64,000 nt of DNA from Trichoplax sp. H2 (taxonomy: Eukaryota): NCBI GenBank assembly GCA_003344405.1, contig NOWV01000123.1, positions 124,001 through 188,000 of the forward strand, given 5' to 3'. Below, piece by piece: positions 14,101-26,600 of the stretch; position 1 is the first letter of the stretch; each line of letters opens with the position of its first letter. A program made the translations under genes and the position numbers. The notes below the pieces were generated by a model that was not told where the DNA came from, did no database searches, and was given only the letters and a program-made list of their open reading frames with translations.

Positions 14101-17100
14101 GGACTCGAATGATCTATCATCTTTGTTAGACATTAACTTCTCTACTGTCACCGTTACTCCGAATTCTGCTAATAGCATAACAAGTATCTCTTGTTCTGAA
14201 AACGTATCTCCCACCATTAAGACTGGTGATATTGATATTTCAAATAAAGAGACTATAACGGATTCTATTTTAGAGCGACAAGTTTTAACCGATCAGGAAA
14301 AAGTGAGCGACCACGAGGAGAAATCATTAGAATCTAAATCATGCAACGAATCACTACTTATTGACAGTCATGGTAGTAATCAAGTTGATGCTAGCCATAA
14401 CCAAGAAAATTCAAACGTATCTGATTTACATTTGGATAAGGATGATCTTTCTTCTGATATCAAATCTGTAGGCATTAAAATAAACCCAGAGTATATTACA
14501 ACAAATATACCCTACAGCAAGGACGTAATAGAAAATGAAGGGGCTAATAATTTAGATATCACTAGTAGTGAAGAAACTGCAAATGAAAAGTCATCAATTA
14601 TTAATACAGGAAATACACCTGAAGGGAATATTCTGTCTGATAGCAATATGGACTATCTTTCAAGTGATAATATTCCCGTAATCGACGATCTCTTATCTGG
14701 TGTAATGAACGAATTAAATGGTAATGAAGATTATCATCAAGAAATCAACGATAATATTACTAACAGTGGAGGTAGGTTTGTTAGCAGAATTGATTTATCA
14801 GATACAGTGGCTTAGAAATTGACTTAAAAATCACTAAATGAAAACAATTCATGCTGTTGCAGGTGATGTAGCTGAAACTGATATAGAAAATCCATCTTCA
14901 AATGCAACTACAGTTTCTGTAAATAATTCGATGGAAGTTAACTCTCATCCCAATAATGTTACAGATAACGGCAACTCCTTACAAGAATCTGAAGATAACT
15001 TTTTACGTTTGACTGACGATGTAGATTTAATTAGCGGCAGCAATGCGCTATCACAATGCATGGATCTTGTTCTTAATATGGATAATCTGGAGCAGTTTCC
15101 CGAGGAACCAGTTTCGGAAGCAGCAGTAAAAGGTGATGTATTGCCGTCTACAAATACTATGAATGATGTCATGCCACATGATGAGTACAATGGAATTAAA
15201 AATACGCTTGAAACCTTGACAAATGGTAGAGACAACAGCCAAGTTAATGATAGATTATTAACGACGGCTACGGTAGACGCTTTGATTCCAAGTAATGCGG
15301 AGCGTGCACCTGGCCATCTTACTGATAACAACAATGTACCAAGCTCAAGCGGTACATTTAGCGAAGAAAATTTTATGCAGACTTCAATCAATCCACAAAT
15401 TAACGAAATGAGTTTAGTCGACGTTAGTAATGGATTACATTCTGATATTGCAAGTGATCAAGTCTCCAATCAGAACTTACCGACAGAAAATATAGTTGAT
15501 GATATTAACAATAATGTTGCCGAAGCTGCAGCTTCTAGCAATCATAATGTTGGCCAGTCTGATGGAGGCACATCCAATTTAGCCAGTAGCGGGAGGTCAA
15601 ATAAAGTTGGTAGAAGAAGCGTCAGGTTTGCTCCTACAGCAGAATATATTGGCATAGAAAATGTAACAGATGATGGTTTGCCAACATCTCAACCTCAGGT
15701 TCTTCGTCGTAATATTCCAATTGACCAGAGCTACCGAGTTGGTTTGGCTAGTCAGAGTCCTCCAGATAATGAAATACCTTCAACTGGATCTACACCAACA
15801 AATAGAGATGACCTTCCTAGTTATAGCCTTGGAAATCAGGCCGACAATCTAGCTGGCAGTCCTAATAATTTTGTAAGTAATGATGCTACAGGCAACATGC
15901 CTCAACCTGACGTAAGTACATCCTCTGCTGATTACGTACCCATTACTCCTGCATTTCCTGGACTCGGATTTGAACGACCAACTTGGGTGTCGGATACGGA
16001 GGCCGTTCAGTGTATGCAATGTGGGGTTAAATTCACAGTTTTAAAAAGGCGTCACCATTGCCGCGCATGTGGGCAGGTAAATGGACTTTGCATATCGCAA
16101 TACGTGTGTAGTCTTAAATTATATCCCTCATATAAAAACTTGATATTTTAGGTCTTATGTGCTGCTTGTTGTAGCATGAAATTTGTGTTGACCTTTCTGA
16201 GTAATAAACCCTCTAGAGTTTGCCATATATGTTACCAGTACTTAAATCAACAACAGCAGCATCCCATTCGAGAACCAGCGCCATCTTATGAAGAAGCAAT
16301 GCGAGCTCCTCAGCCTCTAGATTATCAAACCGAAATAGCTGCGGGTTCTGCCATAGCTTCTACCACTGGCATGATCACACCACCGACGAATTTTCAACCT
16401 ATATCTGTACAATCTTTAAGTCAACCAAGTACGAATGTTGTTTCTTCTTCTCCAAATACTAATGAAGTGCCTCAGGTTGCTTCCGGTAGTGAAACTAGCG
16501 TAGCTGAGGCCGCCAGTAGTCAAGATAACAGCAGGAGAGAAGGTAAAGACTGTAATGAATTGGTCATCGCCTTTATAGATTATCTTGAATTGAACGTTAT
16601 TAATTTTTATTTCTCTAAGGTCAAGCATTATCTAATAATGGAGAGTCTAATGAAAGTGACAATAGGGGTGATACCGACGAAGGAAGGCAATTAAGTGGTA
16701 TATTTTATGTTTATGTTGTTAAATTTCTGAAAAGTTAATTGTTACAATGACTGTTGTTAATTATTTATCTACCATGATGTAGAGATTGAAGTTTGTACAC
16801 GAAAACTACTCTCATTTACCATTAGTGAACGTGTTCGCGTAAAGGTCAAACTAGCAAACTGTAAGTAGCATGTATGAATTTCTCTTTAACTGTGTACCAC
16901 ATCACTGACCTTCCTTCATTCCTACAAATCAAATCTGTTACTTCCATTTAGATGCTGAAAGATTTTGTTGGTGCTTCTGTACGAGTGGATTATCGAACTA
17001 TGGCCAGCAGGAATTGGTTATTGCTCAGTTAAATTTTGTTTGTAGTAGCATTTTCAAAATTAACTTAACCTTTTCCAATACTAATTCTTGTTCGGTTAGG

Positions 17101-19267
17101 TAATTGTTTTGGAACGATTAAGTACTGACGATGTTGTTCCTCGTGGCATGTTAAAATTTTTTAAAGTGATATATAGACAGGCCAAGCAAGGTATGCATCT
17201 AAATTGGGATTGTATTCGAAAAATTAAGCTGAATACTATTTGCATAAATTAATATTGTAGGCGTACATGTCCGAAATATGGACTACACAACCTTTACTTC
17301 CCCTCATCTTGGTCATAGTGATATAAGCGCATGTCTTTTCATTGAACATGCCGGCCAGGTAGCCACAGTGATTTAGATTTAACAATTTTTTCAACTCTGC
17401 AAACTGCCTACTCAATTGAAGATGTTTTTATTTAGCCACTCATCAATTTAGTTATTCCCAAATCACCCTACCTATTTGGACTACTTATTCATCGTAATGA
17501 ACTGGTATGGGCTAGGGCTTTCCCTCTCCGACTTTTAGTAGGTCTCGGGAACTATTACAAAGGTAAAGCTTTGCTTAGTACAGTACCCAAAAGATTAGAC
17601 CGTTGTTATAGATAGGGATCGAATAACGCACTAATAACGATTTAAATGTTAAAATGATTTCGAAGTTTATAATATAATGTAAACTTGTACGTGGTAGAAT
17701 ATCCTTATCCGATCTGGAGTTATCGAGATCGTCAAGCCCTCTTCTCTGAAATTGGTCATACCATAATGCGATTACTAATCGTAAGAATGATATTGGCTTA
17801 TTAAAACTCTTTGAAATATATCATGGGTTCGTAAATATTAAATAGTCAGGTGCATATTCATGTTCTATTAGGATTTCGACTCTGGACAGTACACATTGGA
17901 GCGCATACCAGGACTTATTGTGCATTTAGAAAAGCGTAAAGTTACAATTACAATGGCCATGGACCAACATGATAAGGTCTCTACTTTGCAAAGTAAATAC
18001 TAGCACAGAGACAATGTTTCTAAAAATTCTATATCATGTATAATTATAGATATTGAAAGTCTTGAGTAAAAGCGATGAAAGGGTCTTAGCCTTTGGAGCA
18101 AACTTCAGTCCATTGGCTGACTCTGTACTGGTATGTACGCAAACGGATGGAGCCTATAAAGCTCAGATTATGTCAAGACCTGGATATGACAGAAATAGTA
18201 AGATTCATTGTAACTAATTGCAATTAACTACCGTATCACTCCATTTTTGATAGCTTGAATCTTAATTTAACCTTTTCTTTTAATAATAGCAATTGGAGCC
18301 AATTTTATCGTACTGAACTGTTCCTTAAAATCTGATAGCTCTTCGAGGATCAAAACTACAATCGTAGAAGGTTGATGCCTAGTATTAATTTTGTAACTCT
18401 ATTCTAGTGTAATAGTATTTTAATAACAAATTTAGTAATTTGCAATATATTCAACAAATAACATTAACAAAAAATCTTTACTGTTGCAGACGGTATAATG
18501 ATGCAATTAAATACGGATGCTAACCGTTGCATAAGAGATGCTATTAGCAATATGACAGATTGTACAGTGGAGGGACATATAGCAACAAATGATGAAGCAC
18601 CTTTAACAACAGAAGATGATTTGGTTGTTATCAAGTGGACACCGAGTGATTGTACCGCAAATTTAGGGTAAGCGATAGGTGTATTTTCGATTTTATGCGT
18701 CGTTTTTCTGAATGATCGTTTATGTAAATTTTGTAGCGTAATAAGTCATGTGGATGGCATGTCACTGGCTGGGATTAAAAGTCTCGATATTTATGAACCA
18801 GTTCTAAATAAAAAGAAATCGAAAACCAAAGCTGCTCTACGCTGGACTAAATTGTTTTATCTGGATAGTGGGAGTGGAGGTCATGCTGAAATTGCTACAA
18901 CATTTGCTGAGATGTTGGCGCAAGCTATACATTCAGCTCTAGAACCATCAGAGGAATTATTTGTTGCAAAGAGCATCAGAGAATTCGCTGTAAGAGTGAC
19001 GCTTGATGGTGAAACGGTAATGGCAAGTCGATATACTTGAATATCGTGGTTATAAGTTATAATTTAAAAATGGCAATTAAATACTAACGCTATGCCACCT
19101 GGTTTATTTTTAACTTTTGATAGCATACGGAATACAAGGCTGGGTACCGAGGACAGCCACTGCCAGAAGAACTTATTGAACAATTTGATGAATGTTTAAT
19201 TCCACTGTTACATCAAACCGGCTCTTCTATAACTAGCTGCATTGAGTTACTTTTTCGTGTATATTAA
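11199..19267 (+). CDS. SARA/endofin-family FYVE protein (ZFYVE9/ZFYVE16-like), multi-exon
   Basis: Exon 1 MTYNYDTVDLDKILNDLE resembles the family N-terminal DLDKLLDDFE motif. FYVE domain PTWVSD...RRHHCRACGQ|VLCAACC...RVCHIC. C-terminal SARA-type domain (YLFGLLIHRNELVWARAFPLRLL, YPYPIWSYRDR, VLAFGANFSPLADSVLVC) ends ELLFRVY*. Cannot choose between the vertebrate paralogue names. Confidence 0.88.
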
Positions 19268-20916
19268 TGATGTGTAAGAAATTTTGTATATGCATATGAC
19301 CTTACTTGGTGGATTCATTATAAGCTATTACGATTTGTTAACCTCGTTATGATTTTAATGATATGGATATACCCATAATAGCGTATATGATTAATATTGC
19401 TGATTATCACATCACTACAGTGTTTCTTCAAGTTGTTGCCTAGCACAACATTGACTTCGGCCGTCATGATAACCAAGTGCAATATTTACCGTGTCTAAGA
19501 AATATCCTAGCGAAATATTTAGAAGAGATCTTCTGCGGGAATGCTATAATTTATTTGATATGTATTGATCCATGCACGGTTGTGCTTAAGATATTATATA
19601 CGGCATACATATAAAATCACTAACTGATACTAAGCAACATTATTATATTATATGGAAATTAACCGTTGATTAATTATAATCTGAAATTATATCACTACTT
19701 TTATAATGTGTATACAGCATTGTAGATTACTTCAATATTATTCGGTAACTACTAATTGATTGTAGCTATTAAGAAATTATTTCGATTATGCATATTATCA
19801 CAAATGAATTTTTGGGATTATGGATGTCTGTATTATATAACATTATTTGAAATTTGGGTTAAATTTTTCAACTTATTGTTAATGTGTAGCAAATTATATC
19901 TTAAAATGCTGTTCTATTTATATTTTAATTAAGCTACGCTCACTTTTCGTTAGAATAAGTTGATATTGCATCTCGCCATGGATGGAGTGATCGAAAATAA
20001 TTATTTACCATTAATAATACGAAAATGATCAGGATCAATAAACATTATTATACCATAGGTTTTTGAGGAATAGCTTGTGGATTGAACTGATAGATTGAAA
20101 ATATTACTAATGTATGATACGTACTAAGCTATGATGTACGGCAGATCTTAATTACAGAATACACCGTCGGTATTGGAGTAGAAGAAATGAATACGAATTC
20201 TTGGTCATACTGTAGATTTATTAATAGTTTCATAGACATTACCTTGTATTATGTGTAGCACCAGAATTCCGCTTATTTGATATTATACAATTATTATTGA
20301 ATTTGTAATGCTGATATCGATGGCTGATTGATTTTCTAGATACCTTACCTTTGGAAAATTTGGCTGATGACTTGAATACTCGATAGCTTATCCATTTACT
20401 AATATACTGTACGTGAGTGTACTGTATGTATGTCATACATATGAGTAAGTAGGTAGACAAGGAGAGCTAGGCGTAAGAGGAAATTATTTGTGATTACAAA
20501 ACGGATATTTGGGGATTCGTTGTTCGATTCTAATACGTTAAGTTTGGTATATTTCGCGTATTACCCGAATATAAGTGTTGTTATCGAATAGTCTGACTGA
20601 TGTACAGTACGTTATACGTACTGTAGTAGGCACGAATGCTATAGGTAAAAGACATCAGTAAAGAACGAACTTCAAAGCAAAGCCAGTTTATTAGTTATCG
20701 ATATAACTTGCATCAAGTTGATAACAATGTTCATGGAAATTAGAGCGAAAATATATTACAGAAACGGTTATTCAGGTCAGAACCATACTTAAAATAAAAG
20801 TTTTCCATAAAAGATCCTTTAAAAGTGAGTAGGCCATGAATATGCAATTCTAGGATCATGTATTACATAATGTTGCTGGATGGTAAGACCAATAGTAATA
20901 GGCTATAACAATTTTT

Positions 20917-21600
20917 TTAATTTTTCAATCCTGCAAGTTTCTTCAATCTCTCGTTTTCTTTAACTCTACCCATAAAACTGTCATGATAGAATAATATTGC
21001 ATATCAGAGAATTGTATTGAACACGAGTTTTATCTATCTTTTAATTATCTCTTTACATCCATAGTACTGTACGTATATAATAGCAACAGCAATCAGTCTT
21101 TCATGATACTAGTTGACTGATGGCAACAATATCAATTTCAATCAACATTAACGACTGAACAGATTGCACTAATGCGTGAGTCGGTCATCATTATATCGAT
21201 CTTGTATCGGATAAGTTAAGTAAAAGTCTTATCGGTTGAAAAGCTAATTTTCATTTTATGTCATCCGACATATTGTATTGAAAAGTACTTACTCTTCATA
21301 TTCGCATTCATGCCAAGCATGTCGTTCATGTTGACATCTCCAAGGTAGGTAATAGTTTTCTTTCCTGCATTTCATCAGAGGGATATAAACATGAGCGCAA
21401 AAGTCACGACGGTGCAATGGAACTTTTGCATCTTCCATTTCCTGGGCCGTAACTTGCATTTCTATCAATAAGAAATAATTTATCATAGAGTTCAGTATTG
21501 GTTGATAAACTGCCCGACTTCAACTATCATGACAGGCGTGGAATAATGCTTAAAATATCATCGTACTTTTATTAGGATAGCAGGGTTTATTGTCAGCCAT
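20917..21600 (-). CDS. NDUFB7: Complex I accessory subunit NDUFB7 (B18), 3 exons (21600-21567, 21461-21293, 20977-20917), about 87 aa
   Basis: MQVTAQEMEDAKVPLHRRDFCAHVYIPLMKCRKENYYLPWRCQHERHAWHECEYED with twin CX9C; splice phases are compatible. Confidence 0.92.
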
Positions 21601-21679
21601 TTTTTCTCTCTCTCTCTCCAGTAGTGTCGTAGTCTGAAAAAGGGTACAACAGACTGTTACCGACGCGAGTGTTGGCTAC

Positions 21680-21980
21680 AGTGTACAGTACAGTACAGTG
21701 AATCACGTTTTGCTGTACTGTACTGTACAGTACTGTAGTTCTTCCAGACCGGACGGACTGAAGTACTGTACCGTTCAGCGGTACAGGGGTATAGACAATC
21801 CACCAATCACGATCATCACTTAATAATTACAGTACAGTACAGCGTACTGTAATCTACAGTATCAGATACTGTGGTTGACTTACAATGTACTGTACTGTGC
21901 AAAGTGTATAGTACAGTATAGTACAGTAATCCTTATAGTGTACAGTTCAGTACAGTACAGTAATCCTTATAGTGTACAGC
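21680..21980. promoter_or_regulatory. TACTG/CAGTA pentamer array in the NDUFB7-MSH1 divergent region
   Basis: acagtgtacagtacagtacagt, tgtactgtactgtacagtactgta and two copies of agtacagtaatccttatagtgtacag. Confidence 0.55.
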
Positions 21981-23665
21981 ACGCGTAAATCGCTATTTCT
22001 GTGCTTTGGCTGATTGTCAGTTACTATTCCTACTTCAACGATTAAGATCAGTCCATCTTCTCACTTTATGTTAAGAAGGGACCTTCATTTGTAATTTTTT
22101 TTTCGTATCATGGACTACTAAAATCACTGTAGTAATTTCTATGAGTCCATGGTTATGCTGTAATCTGTGAAGTTGAAGGTAGGATTTTGAAGCAGCTCAT
22201 GCCATCATGACTTGCCTTCTATCGCTGTGGTTAGCGTTTTAACCACAGCGCAGCTACAGCTACAAGTTGCCTACAACATACTGTAGACTGCACCAACAGC
22301 AGAACAAAAAATTCGACTAGGATTTGCAATGAGATCGTTGATCTACAAGACTACAATTAATACTGAAAAAAATTGAAAGACCATACTGATTGAAATTTAT
22401 TTCTCTATGCTTCCTGACAGTGCACACTGTAGTATGCAGACAAGAGTATACGACCATCACTGTTGAGTTTGTTTGAAATCCTTGCAGATTTACTGGCATC
22501 TGATAGCACCATGATATCATTGCGATGCAATCCAATTACTGTACTGTAAATTACTGCCATTATATATTTATTATATATGCATACTGAATCATCACGACTG
22601 ATTCATCTATTTGCAGTCATTCGCAGTGCTGCAGCAGTGGACTAATCGAGGTGTATATCTTATGGAGAAAGTGTATTTACTTTTGCAAAAGTATCTGATG
22701 ACAGCCATGAGTAATATTGAGCCTGCAAACGCCCGTTAAACTTGCAGCACAGTACTGTACTGTACAACTTCAAAGCAAAAAGTTGAAGACCTCAATCATA
22801 ACCAGGTGCTAAAAACAACCAATAAAACAAAAATATACTACCCTCCAAGGCAGATCTACAAAAATAGCTGATATTCTATTTTCCCTAGTTCAGGCTTAGT
22901 AATCACAGAAGGACAGATCGCGGACTATGCTGAAGGAGCTGAACAAAGCTGGAAACTCAACTGCATTGAGCTCAGCAGCTAATGAGCAAAATGCCAGCAA
23001 GTTGCCTCAGGTTACGGTAGCAGATCCGTTATTACTTTTAGTTCGATGATATCAACTTACATTTTCATATTCCAATTAATGGTATAGATTCTCTGATCTA
23101 TTATTATTAACATAGACAAGTCTCAAATTCTACTCTTTTTATCCTACTGGCCCTGAGAAGCTGACTTTGGTGCAAATTCTACCTGCAAATGGTCATTCTT
23201 CACTGATCAGGTGCAATGTAAAAGTAATACATTCGAGTGGAACTAATTTGGACACAAATTCTATGCAATGTAATAAGAGCATGTATTAATTATATAGTAC
23301 CTGCTAGTCTGCTACTACCCTGGAGGTTTTCTTGTCAATAATGATTAGCTATTATCTACGAATTACAGTATACAGTACAGTACGTAAGACGAGCTATACA
23401 GTATGTGTCATGCAACTGATTCGCACCTTTTCTCGAGAGTTTGCATAAGTTGCATAACTATCTGTACATTTTCTGGGCATTCTATTGCAATTTAATCACG
23501 CTTTTAGAAGAAACTTTGTATAATTGTCTTTACATCTTTAGGCTTTCCATCGTTGAACTGCTTGCTGCTAGTCTATCCTAAAACTTTTCATTACTTGTTG
23601 TACAGTAGATACACAGTATACGCCTCAAGTAGGAAATATTCAATTCTTTGGGTGAAGCAACTAAA

Positions 23666-26600
23666 ATGCTCCTACGCTGTCTAGCAAGAAAAACGACATG
23701 GCCTTCCACTAGTAAAAACTGGCCGCAATTCATTTTATCCTCACAACGTCGTTTTAATTGCTCTCGCTATACTGATAAAATTTCAACTGTCTCAACAGCA
23801 GTCAAATTTAAGCCTACGGTGTCGACAATGAAAAGACCACATTTATTAAAGCAATACAGAGATATTAAACAAAGCTACCAAGATTTTGTCTTAATATTTC
23901 AAATTGGTGAAGCCTATGAAGTGTATGATAAAGATGCTGATATTGTTGCCAGCAAGTCTACACTTCCATTACTTGACACTGCTAATAACATGGAATCAAC
24001 GTCCGCGTTACTTCGAGTGCGCTTTCCAAAGCACCAAGTTGATGATGTTGTCAAGACACTTTGCAGGGAGAAGGTCAAAATCGCCATTTGTAATGAGCAA
24101 ACTACAAGGTATGTATCAACTTGCATAATCGAACATATTAGCAGCGAAATGATTATAGCGTGATAATATAACTATTTAAACTGAATAGTGACCAAAAAAA
24201 TGACCTGTGAATGAATAATGTCGGTAACTGTTAACAAACATCTTTGTTAAAATTACGTATATGTTTGTAGGAGTACAACCTCGGCCAATCTGAGAGAGCG
24301 CAAGGTAACCAAAATTTTCACACCTGGCACTTACACTTTCGCAGAATACAATTCCAGCATCGATACTAGCAATTACTTGCTCTCCATTGTTGATGGCCCT
24401 GAAGAAACTTTAGGATTAAGCTGGATCGATGTTGCAGCTCAAGACTTTCAGGTATTTATTAATATGTTAAATATGGATAGTTAAATTTATATTCAAGCTA
24501 ATATTAATATAAGGAAAAACCGAGAAAAAGCTGTTAATTAATTAGTTATCCATCATCGATTCAGTTTACATCATCAACCTTAACCAACTTGTCCGCAGAC
24601 CTTGGACGCATTAACCCATCTGAAGTTTGTCATCATCGCTACTATTGTTTATGCAGTGATTAAAAGATGAGCACATTATCATTTCTTTTGCCATGTATTT
24701 ACTGGTAGGTTTTAATATCGAAACAAATGCAAGAATTAATTAATCAATGCGAACAAGGATATCTTCATCGTTCTTTGGCTGTAAAAATCAAATTAATTGC
24801 CAAGTTATTTCAAAATATTTGCATTACCTCTGTCGATGTCGCTGATGAAGCTTCTACAAGACATATTAAACGAAGTAATCTTTAGCCTATTTCGTAATTT
24901 AATAGATTGATGCAAGAACTAATGTAACTGTCTTTTTAGAATATGCACAAATTCTTTGCGCCATGCGTAAGGTCAAACCATCTCAGCTAGAATTTGAAGC
25001 TTGTCGGGTTTTAATGCAATATCTGGATTACATCGATGAGCATCTTTTACTTGAAACTTTAAAACCACTTAAATTTAAACAAGATGAACATATGTTAATT
25101 GATCCCACGACTAGAAAATCGTTGGAGCTAACAACGTAATCTTAAATACTTCAAGTGTTTTATTACGATTTTGATAGACATTCTGATCGATACGGTTCAA
25201 TGTGATCATTTTACACCTTAACCGACAAATTTTCTACTCTACTTTTTAGAACAATGTTTGGTGCCGTTCCCACAGTCTCCAAAGGTACGTTAGTTAATGT
25301 TTTGGATAGAACAGTGACCAGCGCTGGACGAAAAATCTTAACTGCGCGTGTTACTGCACCTTCTACGAATGTAAATGAGATTCAGCGCCGCTTGGATTTT
25401 GTATCGATATTTGCTACTAATCCAGGCTGCGCAACTGATATTCATAAATGTATGCAAGGGTGCCACAACATGGATGTTCTTCTACGCACGGTAATAATTA
25501 ATTACTATTATCAGTGCTCCTTTTCTGTATATTTTGAACTAAGTAAATATTAAAGGTTGAAAAAGAGCTTGACATGACCAGATCAATATCGAAATTTTAA
25601 ATTCCAGATTTCGATGAACTTAGGCAGTATCGATACTTTACGTGAGTTAATGAAGATACTAATTATTTCGGGTAAGTTAATTAAATCTGCAAGTAAACAT
25701 GTTTTACTGAATAACATTGAAGTGTAACAGAAAATATAACGTTAGCTTACCTTCAATCCATCGTTGCTAAGATGATATCAAGGATATACTCAGAAATAGA
25801 ATATCTGCAAGTGATGTTTTAGCCGTAGCCGAAGGTAAAAATGCCAAAAGATCGAAATAAAATTAATATTTAATAGAATGATATACGATTTCCGTATAAA
25901 CGTACTTACTACAAGAAAATCTATCAGCACAAACTCATCGTATCCGTCGTAAATTTAAAACTGACTTTGTAATTTACTAGATCTAGGAAACTTTATCGAT
26001 TTAAAAGAAAAGCTTATTCGTTCGGTAATGAACGCTACAGACAATGGATTATTTGCCAAAGGTAAAGATAATACTTTAAGGAAATTTCCTCAGTAAACAA
26101 GGTTATTTTTGTTAATTAAAACGTATCATACTTACCTTCATTAAGGATACTGTGCTGAGGCCGATGAAATTGAATTACTTAAAGCGAACAATGATCATCA
26201 GGCCAACAATTTGAGAATGCAACTTAGCAATCAGTTTGGCCTTCCCCGCTTGGATCTGTTGACTAGCAGAGACTTCCATCGATCATTCTGTATTAGTTCG
26301 CCAGCTGCTAACAAAATTAGTAATCATCATGGATATTTCGTGTAAGACTTATCGTTTTCATTCCTACTTATTGGTTATATTACGTCATAAATTATATAAT
26401 GAATTTTAACATTTTATAAAATTTATTGCTATACCTTACTTACATCTTTAATTTAATACCCTGTTCTTTTATTTAGTATCGACGCTGGTACGTCCGGTAG
26501 TAGTAAAAAAATTGAATTTAGGTACATTAAACTGCTTCAAGATATTTTCTTATGCGCGTATCGATAAGATTGAATTTGTATAGATAACGTAAATATCAGG

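Noticed and set aside
13168-16628. Several antisense or alternative-frame ORFs inside the large ZFYVE exons
   Set aside because: Shadow ORFs of a long biased coding exon.
21890-21980. CRISPR-like repeat-spacer pattern
   Set aside because: Only two low-complexity units, no unique spacers, no cas genes, eukaryotic context.
22223-22270. Helitron 3' end
   Set aside because: Hairpin present but no CTRR terminus at the expected distance on either strand.
22690-22745. Hammerhead-like CTGATGA...CAAAC
   Set aside because: GAAA core is missing and there is no stem I or III pairing.
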